From Bacillus subtilis subsp. subtilis str. 168 (GTDB lineage Bacteria; Bacillota; Bacilli; Bacillales; Bacillaceae): DNA of 32,000 bases. The position numbers were made by a program, and so were the translations under genes. Every line of letters starts with the position of its first letter. Within the stretch, counting starts at the first letter, position 1. The notes below the pieces were generated by a model. It was not told the DNA's origin, made no database searches, and saw nothing but the letters and a program-made list of their open reading frames with translations. Location of the stretch: the NCBI RefSeq assembly GCF_000009045.1, contig NC_000964.3, forward strand, positions 840,001-872,000, in the 5' to 3' direction. Of the stretch, positions 8,653-18,100 are shown in pieces.

Positions 8653-10174
8653 CTTTTGGGTCCTCTCTTTTCGCTCCCTTCTGTCCGTTGCCGCGCGAAT
8701 ACGTGCCCGGCCTTCTGGTCATCGTCCACCAAGGCGCCCTGACAAAAATATCTTTTACTTCATCTCGTTTAAACGGAGAAATCCCGGATAAATAAGGAAT
8801 GCCGAAAGATTGCAGCTTGCATAAATGAAGCACTAAGATAATCGTGCCGAGCATAATGCCGAATATCCCAAAAATACTCGCCAAAAACATAAGCGGGAAA
8901 CGAAGCATCCTGATGGAGATAGCTAAGTTAAACCGCGGAATTGTAAATGACGCGATCCCTGTTAACGATACGATGATCACCATGGGGGCAGACACAATTC
9001 CCGCTTCAACAGCGGCTGTCCCAATGACTAGGGCCCCGAGAATACTGACGGTCTGGCCGATGGTTTTCGGCAGGCGCACTCCCGCCTCACGGAGAGCCTC
9101 AAAAGAAATTTCCATAATCAATGCTTCTATGATGGCGGGGAAAGGAATCGGTTCACGCGCAGAGGCCACACTGAACATTAAGTTTGTCGGCATTAAGTCC
9201 TGGTGGTATGTAATAACGGCAACATAAATAGCCGGCAAATATAAAGCAACGAATAAAAACATATAGCGAAGCCAGCGGATTAAGTTAGACATCAAATAAC
9301 GCTCATAGTAATCTTCACTGGCCTGCATAAGCTGCCAAAACGTAATCGGGCCTGTTAAGACAAAGGGCGTATTATCTGTGAAAATGGCAAATCGGCCTTC
9401 GAGAAGCTGGGCGGCGACGGTGTCCGGCCTTTCTGTGTATTGCAGCTGGGGGAATGGCGAGTACGTGTCGTCTTCGATAAATTCTTCAATATATCCGCTT
9501 TCTAAGACAGCATCAATCTTTATCTTTTTGATTCTTTTTTTTGCTTTGTCAATAACCTTTGGATCGGCAAGCCCGTCAATATAGGCCAAGACAACATCGG
9601 TTTTGGTTTTCGTGCCGATTTTAAAAGAGATCATTTTAAGCTGAAACGTTTTGACGCGAAAGCGCACAAGAGCGGTATTGACCCTGAGGCTTTCAGTGAA
9701 GCCCTCTCTTGACCCTCTGATGGTCGATTCTGTTATCGGCTCTTCAATGCTTCTTCTTTGTCCGCCTTTTATATTTAAGATCAGGCCTTTTGAGTGCCCG
9801 TCGGCAAATAAAACCGCGTTCCCCTCAATGATGGATGCAGCCACTTTGCTCATACTCGTTTCTAATGCAACACTTGAAATTGATAGAGTATTTTGCAGCG
9901 CCTCTTCATGTTCATCTATTTGATCCGTCAAATGCATTAAGAAAGGGCGGAGGGCGTGATCCTGAATATGTTCAGATTTTACAATTCCTTCGATATAAAC
10001 AATAAATCCGCACAGCCCGTTTCCAAAGTCAAATTGTCTAAATACGATGTCTGAGCAGCCTTCTGTTAATAAGGTCAGATTTTCGAGGTTTTCCTTCAAA
10101 TTGGGAGAGATCGGTCTGTCCTGATTGTCTTCAAGCTCTTTGATGAGCTGAAGCGCTTTGTCGCGTTTATTCAT
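8633..10174 (-). CDS. yfkQ: Spore germination protein, GerAA-type (A subunit)
   Basis: 513 aa GerA family: 'VNTALVRFRVKTFQLKMISFKIGTKTKTDVVLAYIDGLADPK', 'PFPAIIEALIMEISFEALREAGVRLP'. Overlaps yfkR by 20 bp. Confidence 0.93.
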   Translation of the reverse strand: MNKRDKALQLIKELEDNQDRPISPNLKENLENLTLLTEGCSDIVFRQFDFGNGLCGFIVYIEGIVKSEHIQDHALRPFLMHLTDQIDEHEEALQNTLSISSVALETSMSKVAASIIEGNAVLFADGHSKGLILNIKGGQRRSIEEPITESTIRGSREGFTESLRVNTALVRFRVKTFQLKMISFKIGTKTKTDVVLAYIDGLADPKVIDKAKKRIKKIKIDAVLESGYIEEFIEDDTYSPFPQLQYTERPDTVAAQLLEGRFAIFTDNTPFVLTGPITFWQLMQASEDYYERYLMSNLIRWLRYMFLFVALYLPAIYVAVITYHQDLMPTNLMFSVASAREPIPFPAIIEALIMEISFEALREAGVRLPKTIGQTVSILGALVIGTAAVEAGIVSAPMVIIVSLTGIASFTIPRFNLAISIRMLRFPLMFLASIFGIFGIMLGTIILVLHLCKLQSFGIPYLSGISPFKRDEVKDIFVRAPWWTMTRRPGTYSRGNGQKGAKREDPKDEENNI

Positions 10175-10264
10175 AGAGGCTCACCCTGCTTTTTAATGTC
10201 ATATTCAATAAGTGCTTGTGACTTTTAGGGTAACCTTGTCTGTTTCATATATTCCAGACTAGGA

Positions 10265-10278
10265 TGAAAGCGCTATAA
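10265..10278 (+). promoter_or_regulatory. Candidate CcpA catabolite-responsive element (cre) upstream of treP
   Basis: TGAAAGCGCTATAA is close to the cre consensus TGWAAGCGYTWNCW and lies just upstream of the -35 box. Confidence 0.75.
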
Positions 10279-10285
10279 AAAAGTG

Positions 10286-10314
10286 TTGACTACCTGTATA
10301 TACAGGAATACAAT
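10286..10314 (+). promoter_or_regulatory. SigA-type promoter of the tre operon
   Basis: -35 TTGACT (10286-10291), 17-nt spacer, -10 TACAAT (10309-10314). Confidence 0.85.
10293..10306. promoter_or_regulatory. TreR operator 1, inside the promoter spacer
   Basis: Perfect 14-nt palindrome CCTGTATATACAGG between -35 and -10. Confidence 0.8.
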
Positions 10315-10322
10315 ATGATTAT

Positions 10323-10340
10323 AAGTTGTATATACAAGTT
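10323..10340. promoter_or_regulatory. TreR operator 2, downstream of the -10
   Basis: AAGTTGTATATACAAGTT with perfect core TTGTATATACAA (10326-10337), sharing TGTATATACA with operator 1. Confidence 0.8.
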
Positions 10341-10366
10341 ATAAAAACGGATACGGAGGGGTTGGC

Positions 10367-11779
10367 ATGGGGGAACTGAACAAATCGGCACGTCAGATTG
10401 TCGAAGCAGTCGGCGGTGCTGAAAATATTGCAGCGGCAACTCATTGTGTTACACGTTTGCGTTTTGCTTTAATAGATGAAAGCAAGGTTGACCAAGAGAT
10501 GCTTGATCAAATTGATGTGGTAAAGGGATCATTCTCGACAAACGGACAGTTTCAGGTCGTAATCGGCCAGGGAACTGTCAATAAAGTATATGCTGAACTG
10601 GTTAAGGAAACGGGGATTGGCGAGTCAACAAAGGATGAAGTGAAGAAGGCCTCAGAAAAAAATATGAATCCTTTGCAGCGTGCTGTGAAAACGCTTGCAG
10701 ATATTTTTATTCCAATATTGCCTGCGATTGTCACGGCGGGTCTTTTAATGGGGATCAATAACATTTTAACGGCGGAAGGCATTTTCTTCAGCACAAAATC
10801 GATTGTGCAGGTTTATCCGCAGTGGGCGGATCTTGCTAATATGATTAACCTGATTGCAGGCACGGCCTTTACGTTTTTGCCTGCGTTAATCGGATGGTCT
10901 GCCGTCAAGCGGTTCGGCGGCAATCCGCTTCTCGGCATTGTGCTCGGGGTTATGCTCGTGCATCCTGATTTGCTGAATGCGTGGGGATATGGCGCGGCAG
11001 AACAAAGCGGAGAGATCCCGGTATGGAATCTATTCGGCCTAGAGGTGCAGAAAGTCGGCTATCAGGGCCAGGTGCTCCCAATTTTGCTTGCTTCTTATAT
11101 GCTGGCGAAGATTGAGGTATTTTTAACAAAACGCACACCTGAGGGCATACAGCTGCTCGTTGTCGCACCAATTACGCTTCTCTTAACAGGATTTGCCTCT
11201 TTTATCATTATCGGCCCGATTACATTTGCGATCGGTAATGTACTGACTTCAGGGCTTATCTCGGTGTTTGGTTCTTTTGCCGCACTGGGCGGTCTGTTAT
11301 ATGGCGGTTTCTACTCAGCGCTCGTGATTACCGGTATGCATCACACGTTTCTTGCAGTCGACCTGCAGCTCATCGGTTCAAAGCTCGGCGGCACCTTTTT
11401 ATGGCCGATGCTGGCGCTTTCTAATATCGCACAAGGTTCGGCGGCTCTGGCCATGATGTTTATCGTGAAGGATGAGAAACAAAAAGGCCTCTCCCTCACA
11501 TCAGGGATTTCTGCTTATCTTGGCATTACAGAGCCTGCCATCTTTGGGGTGAATCTGCGATACAGATTCCCGTTTATCATTGCAATGGTCAGCTCTGGCC
11601 TGGCCGGAATGTATATTTCTTCTCAAGGTGTGCTGGCAAGCTCCGTCGGTGTCGGCGGCGTGCCGGGGATTTTCTCAATCATGAGCCAGTACTGGGGCGC
11701 GTTTGCAATCGGGATGGCTATTGTATTGATCGTGCCGTTTGCCGGAACATACGCGTATGCGAGATTCAAACATAAATAA
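10367..11779 (+). CDS. treP: PTS trehalose-specific enzyme IIBC
   Basis: 470 aa. EIIB active-site context 'AATHCVTRLRFAL' then EIIC; followed by treA and treR. Confidence 0.95.
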   Translation: MGELNKSARQIVEAVGGAENIAAATHCVTRLRFALIDESKVDQEMLDQIDVVKGSFSTNGQFQVVIGQGTVNKVYAELVKETGIGESTKDEVKKASEKNMNPLQRAVKTLADIFIPILPAIVTAGLLMGINNILTAEGIFFSTKSIVQVYPQWADLANMINLIAGTAFTFLPALIGWSAVKRFGGNPLLGIVLGVMLVHPDLLNAWGYGAAEQSGEIPVWNLFGLEVQKVGYQGQVLPILLASYMLAKIEVFLTKRTPEGIQLLVVAPITLLLTGFASFIIIGPITFAIGNVLTSGLISVFGSFAALGGLLYGGFYSALVITGMHHTFLAVDLQLIGSKLGGTFLWPMLALSNIAQGSAALAMMFIVKDEKQKGLSLTSGISAYLGITEPAIFGVNLRYRFPFIIAMVSSGLAGMYISSQGVLASSVGVGGVPGIFSIMSQYWGAFAIGMAIVLIVPFAGTYAYARFKHK

Positions 11780-11849
11780 CAAGTGGGGAGCGGGACGTGT
11801 TGAACGTTCCCTTTTCCCGTTTTCAATTTAAATATGGTGGTGGAAACAG

Positions 11850-13535
11850 ATGAAAACAGAACAAACGCCATGGTGGAAAAAAGCTGTGGTTTATCAAATT
11901 TATCCGAAAAGCTTTAACGATACGACAGGAAATGGTGTTGGCGATCTGAACGGCATTATTGAAAAGCTGGATTACTTAAAAACGCTACAGGTGGATGTGC
12001 TTTGGCTGACGCCGATTTATGATTCTCCCCAGCATGATAATGGGTACGATATTCGTGATTATTACTCGATTTATCCTGAATACGGAACGATGGAGGATTT
12101 TGAGCGGCTAGTGTCCGAAGCACATAAAAGAGACCTGAAAGTCGTCATGGATCTTGTTGTCAATCATACGTCAACAGAGCACAAATGGTTTCGCGAGGCG
12201 ATCTCTTCAATAGACAGCCCGTACCGTGATTTTTATATATGGAAAAAACCGCAGGAAAACGGTTCTGTTCCGACGAACTGGGAATCGAAATTCGGCGGCT
12301 CGGCATGGGAGCTTGACGAAGCATCGGGCCAATACTATTTGCATCTGTTTGATGTGACGCAGGCTGATTTGAATTGGGAAAATGAAGAGGTCAGAAAGCA
12401 TGTCTATGACATGATGCATTTTTGGTTTGAAAAGGGAATAGACGGCTTTAGGCTTGATGTCATCAACCTGATTTCTAAAGATCAGCGCTTTCCGAATGCG
12501 GAGGAAGGCGACGGCCGCTCTTTTTACACTGACGGGCCGCGGGTGCACGAATTTCTGCATGAAATGAACGAAAAGGTGTTTTCACATTACGACAGCATGA
12601 CGGTCGGTGAGATGTCTTCAACAACCGTAGACCACTGCATCCGGTATACGAATCCTGACAATAAAGAACTTGATATGACATTCAGCTTCCATCATCTCAA
12701 GGTTGACTATCCTAACGGCGAAAAATGGGCCTTGGCGCCGTTTGATTTTTTGAAGCTGAAGGAGATCCTATCTGACTGGCAAACGGGGATGCACGCAGGA
12801 GGGGGATGGAACGCTCTGTTCTGGTGCAATCATGATCAGCCGCGCGTCGTATCAAGATATGGAGATGATGGCGCATATAGGGTGAAATCGGCGAAAATGC
12901 TTGCTACGGCCATTCATATGATGCAGGGCACGCCTTATATTTATCAGGGCGAGGAGCTGGGGATGACGAATCCGAAGTTCACTGACATAAGCTCCTATCG
13001 GGATGTCGAATCGCTGAACATGTATCACGCCTTTAAGGAAAAAGGAATGGCTGATCAAGATATTACAGCCATTTTACAGGCGAAATCCCGTGACAATTCC
13101 AGAACCCCCGTTCAGTGGGATGCTACGGAAAATGGTGGTTTTACAACGGGCACACCATGGATACCGGTTGCAGGAAATTACCGGGAAATCAATGCTGAAG
13201 CGGCGCTGAGGGATCAGAATTCGGTGTTTTACCATTATCAAAAATTGATTCAGATTCGCAAAATGTATGACATTGTGACAGAGGGTACGTATGAGATAAT
13301 TGCAAAGGATGACCCGAACATTTTTGCGTATCTCAGACACGGCAGCAATGAAAAGCTGCTCGTGATCAATAATTTTTACGGGACAGAGGCGGCCTTTACA
13401 CTGCCGGACTCTTTAGCGCCTGACGAATGGAAGGCAGAGGTGCTGTTGACGAACGATGAAGCAAGGGAAGGGCTTCAGAACATGACGCTTCGCCCATATG
13501 AGTCCATTGTTTATCGTTTAACGAAACCGTGTTAA
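11850..13535 (+). CDS. treA: Phospho-alpha-(1,1)-glucosidase (trehalose-6-phosphate hydrolase), GH13
   Basis: GH13 motifs: 'VMDLVVNHTSTEHKWF', 'GIDGFRLDVINLISKD', 'TVGEMSSTT', 'FWCNHDQPRVVSRYGDD'; 561 aa. Confidence 0.96.
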   Translation: MKTEQTPWWKKAVVYQIYPKSFNDTTGNGVGDLNGIIEKLDYLKTLQVDVLWLTPIYDSPQHDNGYDIRDYYSIYPEYGTMEDFERLVSEAHKRDLKVVMDLVVNHTSTEHKWFREAISSIDSPYRDFYIWKKPQENGSVPTNWESKFGGSAWELDEASGQYYLHLFDVTQADLNWENEEVRKHVYDMMHFWFEKGIDGFRLDVINLISKDQRFPNAEEGDGRSFYTDGPRVHEFLHEMNEKVFSHYDSMTVGEMSSTTVDHCIRYTNPDNKELDMTFSFHHLKVDYPNGEKWALAPFDFLKLKEILSDWQTGMHAGGGWNALFWCNHDQPRVVSRYGDDGAYRVKSAKMLATAIHMMQGTPYIYQGEELGMTNPKFTDISSYRDVESLNMYHAFKEKGMADQDITAILQAKSRDNSRTPVQWDATENGGFTTGTPWIPVAGNYREINAEAALRDQNSVFYHYQKLIQIRKMYDIVTEGTYEIIAKDDPNIFAYLRHGSNEKLLVINNFYGTEAAFTLPDSLAPDEWKAEVLLTNDEAREGLQNMTLRPYESIVYRLTKPC

Positions 13536-13555
13536 ACTAAGCTGGGTGGTCCATA

Positions 13556-14272
13556 ATGAAGGTGAATAAATTCATCACAATTTATAAAGACATCGCACAG
13601 CAAATTGAAGGCGGCCGATGGAAAGCGGAGGAGATTCTTCCGTCTGAACATGAGTTGACCGCACAGTACGGTACATCAAGAGAAACGGTCCGAAAGGCGC
13701 TTCATATGCTCGCGCAAAACGGTTATATCCAGAAAATCAGGGGAAAAGGCTCCGTCGTGCTCAATCGTGAAAAAATGCAGTTTCCCGTTTCGGGCCTTGT
13801 CAGCTTCAAGGAGCTCGCGCAAACGCTTGGCAAAGAAACGAAAACAACTGTACACAAATTCGGGCTGGAGCCTCCGTCAGAGCTGATCCAAAAACAGCTC
13901 CGGGCCAATCTGGATGACGACATCTGGGAAGTCATCAGGTCTAGAAAGATTGACGGGGAACATGTGATTTTGGACAAGGATTACTTTTTCAGAAAGCATG
14001 TCCCTCACCTGACGAAAGAAATTTGTGAAAACTCCATATATGAATATATAGAAGGAGAGCTCGGTCTTTCGATCAGTTACGCCCAAAAAGAAATTGTAGC
14101 CGAGCCGTGTACGGACGAGGACAGAGAGCTGCTCGATTTACGCGGCTATGACCATATGGTCGTGGTGAGAAACTACGTCTTTTTGGAGGATACCAGTTTG
14201 TTTCAATATACGGAAAGCAGACACCGTCTCGACAAATTCCGATTTGTTGATTTTGCGCGGCGGGGGAAATGA
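13556..14272 (+). CDS. treR: Trehalose operon repressor, GntR family with UTRA domain
   Basis: Winged HTH 'LPSEHELTAQYGTSRETVRKALHMLAQNGYIQKIRGKGSVV' plus UTRA effector domain; 238 aa. Confidence 0.95.
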   Translation: MKVNKFITIYKDIAQQIEGGRWKAEEILPSEHELTAQYGTSRETVRKALHMLAQNGYIQKIRGKGSVVLNREKMQFPVSGLVSFKELAQTLGKETKTTVHKFGLEPPSELIQKQLRANLDDDIWEVIRSRKIDGEHVILDKDYFFRKHVPHLTKEICENSIYEYIEGELGLSISYAQKEIVAEPCTDEDRELLDLRGYDHMVVVRNYVFLEDTSLFQYTESRHRLDKFRFVDFARRGK

Positions 14273-14275
14273 GAG

Positions 14276-14308
14276 AGGCGCCTGCCTGCGGCAGCGCGCT
14301 TTTTTGTT
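14276..14308 (+). terminator. Intrinsic terminator downstream of treR
   Basis: GAGGCGCCTGCCTGCGGCAGCGCGCTTTTTT hairpin plus T tract. Confidence 0.8.
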
Positions 14309-14310
14309 TG

Positions 14311-14326
14311 GTATCAAAATTGATAC
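14311..14326. promoter_or_regulatory. Palindromic operator candidate upstream of yfkO/hypO (probably HypR, MarR/DUF24 family)
   Basis: GTATCAA-AA-TTGATAC, 7-bp perfect inverted repeat with 2-nt centre, about 45 nt upstream of a TACAAT -10-like box (14371-14376). Confidence 0.6.
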
Positions 14327-14411
14327 TATCCAACAAAAATGTGCGTACTTTTACTTTTTATCATAATGGCTACAATAGAGATGAGAGTAATCTAAAGGAG
14401 AGGTGTTTTAC

Positions 14412-15077
14412 ATGGCAGATCTAAAGACACAAATTCTGGATGCATACAATTTCAGGCATGCGACTAAGGAATTTGACCCGAATAAAAAAGTGTCAGACAG
14501 CGATTTTGAATTTATTTTAGAAACAGGAAGACTGTCTCCGAGCTCACTCGGCCTTGAGCCTTGGAAATTTGTCGTCGTCCAAAATCCGGAATTCCGCGAG
14601 AAGCTTCGTGAATACACATGGGGCGCGCAAAAGCAGCTGCCGACCGCAAGCCATTTCGTCCTGATTCTTGCGCGTACAGCGAAGGATATCAAATATAATG
14701 CGGACTACATCAAACGTCATTTAAAAGAAGTAAAACAAATGCCTCAAGACGTGTACGAAGGCTATTTAAGCAAAACAGAAGAATTCCAGAAAAACGATTT
14801 GCATTTGCTTGAAAGTGACAGAACATTGTTTGACTGGGCATCAAAACAAACCTATATCGCGCTTGGCAACATGATGACTGCCGCTGCGCAAATCGGTGTT
14901 GATTCCTGCCCGATCGAAGGCTTCCAGTACGATCACATTCACCGTATTCTTGAAGAAGAAGGCCTTCTGGAAAACGGAAGCTTCGATATTTCTGTGATGG
15001 TGGCATTCGGCTACCGAGTGAGAGACCCTCGTCCGAAAACAAGATCTGCTGTTGAAGATGTTGTGAAGTGGGTTTAA
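14412..15077 (+). CDS. hypO: NAD(P)H nitroreductase / flavin oxidoreductase (hypochlorite/diamide-responsive HypO)
   Basis: Nitroreductase fold signatures: 'YNFRHATKEFD', 'ILETGRLSPSSLGLEPWKFVVVQ', 'YIALGNMMTAAAQIGVDSCPIEGF'. ATG 14412 (221 aa) preferred over the GTG track start 14403. Also called yfkO. Confidence 0.9.
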   Translation: MADLKTQILDAYNFRHATKEFDPNKKVSDSDFEFILETGRLSPSSLGLEPWKFVVVQNPEFREKLREYTWGAQKQLPTASHFVLILARTAKDIKYNADYIKRHLKEVKQMPQDVYEGYLSKTEEFQKNDLHLLESDRTLFDWASKQTYIALGNMMTAAAQIGVDSCPIEGFQYDHIHRILEEEGLLENGSFDISVMVAFGYRVRDPRPKTRSAVEDVVKWV

Positions 15078-15080
15078 AAG

Positions 15081-15116
15081 AAGAAAGCTGCTCGCATAGC
15101 GAGCAGCTCTTTTTTA
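15081..15116. terminator. Bidirectional terminator between yfkO and yfkN
   Basis: AAGAAAGCTGCTCGCATAGCGAGCAGCTCTTTTTT hairpin between convergent genes. Confidence 0.85.
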
Positions 15117-18100
15117 TGCCTGATTCGCTCTATTCTGTTTTCTCCTCTGATGTAAGTACATTGCCGTTCCGAGTGCGCTGATCAGAAATCCGGCCAACAG
15201 GATCGAGTACATGGATGTGGCTGTGTCCGGAAGCAGGCCGCCAGCCGGACCGTCTGTTCCTGATCCGCCCGAACCGTTTCCACCAGAGCCGTTAGTCGGT
15301 TGAGTGCCGGGAGGCGTATCATTTCCTCCGTTTCCGTCAGTTGGCTGTTTTCCGCCTGGTTTGTCGGAGCCTCCGCCATGATTGCCGTCATCACCGCCTG
15401 TCGGTTGATCTGACGGGAATGCCGGCGGTTTGTTGTTTGAACCGGAATTTAAGATCGTGTATTCGCTGAAGTGGTTTGTATATCCTGTCACCATATCATC
15501 ATCGACTGATCCGTGACCTGTCTTTGTGAAAGCTTTCTTTTTTCTATCGACGTGATAAATGGCAGGGTTATGGGCTTCTTCAATATCAAACATGCGAAGC
15601 GAAAGCTGTACGGGCTCCTTGAATGATTTTATTTCTTTTCCTTTTTGCTTCACTGTAAAGTCATATACATCTGACAGTGACACATCCAATTCTCCCGTAG
15701 ACTTGATTCCGATTGCAGTGTCTGCGGTTTTAAGGTTCGCCATTGGCATCTTCATGCTGTACCAGTAGTTGAACATCGTCAATGAAGGATCTGACTCTCT
15801 TTCTTTCAAAAGTTTGACCTGATCTTTTTTCACTTTAAGATTGATAGGCTTCTCTTGAGATCCTTCATGTATTCCATAATAGACAAATGGCGTGTTGGCA
15901 TTTTTAGCATAAATCGCAAATTTGTCTTCATCAAGTGTCCAGCTGCCGTCCTTCTGCTTTGTCGGCAGGAATACTTCTTTGATTCGTCCTTCAACTTTAG
16001 GAGAGACCTTGTTTCCTAGTTTTTTCAGCTGTTCGGTGAAAATCTCATAATCAACGTAGCCAAGGTCTTCACCATGGGAGGCTTCTGTAAAGACAGAATA
16101 TCCGTCTCCTCCGGCACCGACAAAATTATTTGTTGCCACGCGGTAGGTATCATCCGTATTTATAGCAACTTTGTCTCCGTTAGGCGATTCAATTTTCACT
16201 TCTAACACACGGTGTCCAGGTTTGTTGTTTAATGTAAAGGTATATTCGATTCCGGCCACCTGAGGGAAAGCGCCGCCGCCATTTTCCACATTGCTTAGGC
16301 CTTGTTCAAGGGCTTCTTTAATTTGTTTTCCGGTTAAATCGGCCACGTAAAGCGTATTGCCGAACGGCATCACGTTGAGCACCTCGCCGAGTGTGATATC
16401 ACCTTTGTCAATGCCTGCTCTGATGCCGCCGCCATTTGTTATCGCTATTCTGGCGCCGGCTGCTTCTTTCGCTTTTGCCAGCATACCGTCCGCGATGAAG
16501 TTTCCGAGATTCGTTTCTTTCGTGCGCACATGCTCACGCTGGCCGTCAAGCGCCACATCCGTGTAGCCGACTTTTTCATTTTTCACGTCCTCTAATTCAT
16601 TTTTGAACTGATCGAGCTCTTGTTTTGCTTCTGGGTTTTCTTCTGTATGTTCATCAATTGGCAGCACGCTCAGATTTGATTTATCTGTTTGCACAACGCC
16701 TTTTTCATCAAACGCGACATCAACGCGCCCCAAGAATTGGCCGTATTCTTTTGCCTGCGCCACGATCGTCGGTTCTTCGTTGTTCACGACCTCCATTTTG
16801 TCTACGAGGGTGTGAGTGTGTCCGCCGATGATCAAATCAATGCCTTTTACTTTTTTGGCTAGCTCAAGATCCCGGTTATGTCCGATGTGGGTTAAAGCAA
16901 TAATTTTATTTACCTTTTCTTCTTCTTGAATCGCTTTGACGGTGTTTTGTGCTGTTTCAAAGGCATCATTGAATACGATGCTTTTGCCCGGGCTTGATGT
17001 GGTGGCTGTATCTTCTGTTGTCAGGCCGAATACGGCGACTTTCTCCCCGTCAACGTCTAACAGAATGTAAGGGTGAATGCCGGCCTCTTTCTTTTCACCT
17101 GCCGTAAAGGTTTGCGGCTTTTTGACAAATGATTTCAGCTTGGGCTCATTTGACACATCTACGTTTGCACTGACAATCGGAAATTCCGGCGCTTCAAAGT
17201 GATAGCGGTTCGCCGGATCAACGGTTGCGCTGTTTCCGCTTAGAAAATCAGAAAGCACCGTCGGGCCTTTGTCAAATTCATGGTTTCCGAAGGTCATGGC
17301 GTCATAGCCCATCATGTTCATCATTTTCAGATCGGCCAAACCGTTCCATTTAGTAAAATACAGATCGCCGGAAAACACATCTCCCGCATCAAGGAGAATA
17401 TTGTGATTTGTTTCGCTGCGTACTTCGTTGATTTTCGTCATTCGTCTCGCTGCATCATCGAGATGGGCGTGCGTATCATTGGTGTGCATGACGGTCAGAT
17501 CCCACAGTCCGTCTTTAGGAGGATCTGGATTTGAATCATCATCGAATTGCAGCTTATACACACCATAGCCTTCATTCGCAGACTTGCCTACATAAGCGAC
17601 ATCGTCTGCTTTATCGGCAAATGGCTTGGCCAAAAGCGAGGATTCAAACGTCAGATTCGTGCCGGAAACAGGCGCGATTGACCAGTTGTTGTCTGCTTTT
17701 GGATTGACTGTTTTTTGTTCAATAATGTAATCCATCAGCACCTGCCTATTTTCAACTGCAGAGCCGTGGACAATTTTATCGCTCGTCAGATGAGGGAACC
17801 CGCCGCCTCCGGACGCACGATAGTTATTGGTGACTACGAGAAATTCCTGGCTTGGGCTGATCGGCTTGCCTTCATAGGAAAGATTGATGATACGGGATGA
17901 ATCCGCATTGATCACTTTTCCGTTCTCATTGTATTTAGCCGGTTTTGTCACATCGACCTGATATGTGACACCGTCAATCACGTCAAAATTATAGGAGCGG
18001 AAATTCTCGTTCAGCAAGGCCTGGTCGCCGCCTTTAGCTGGATCAATTTGATTGAATTGGCCTGCTGACATCTCCAGCCAGTCCTTGACCTCGCTGCCTG

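Noticed and set aside
12207-12560. Minus-strand ORF (117 aa) inside treA
   Set aside because: Overlaps essential GH13 motifs on the other strand and has no family features.
15248-15465. Possible tandem repeat in the yfkN 3' region
   Set aside because: This is Gly/Pro/Asn/Thr-rich linker coding sequence; compositionally biased but without a regular DNA repeat unit.
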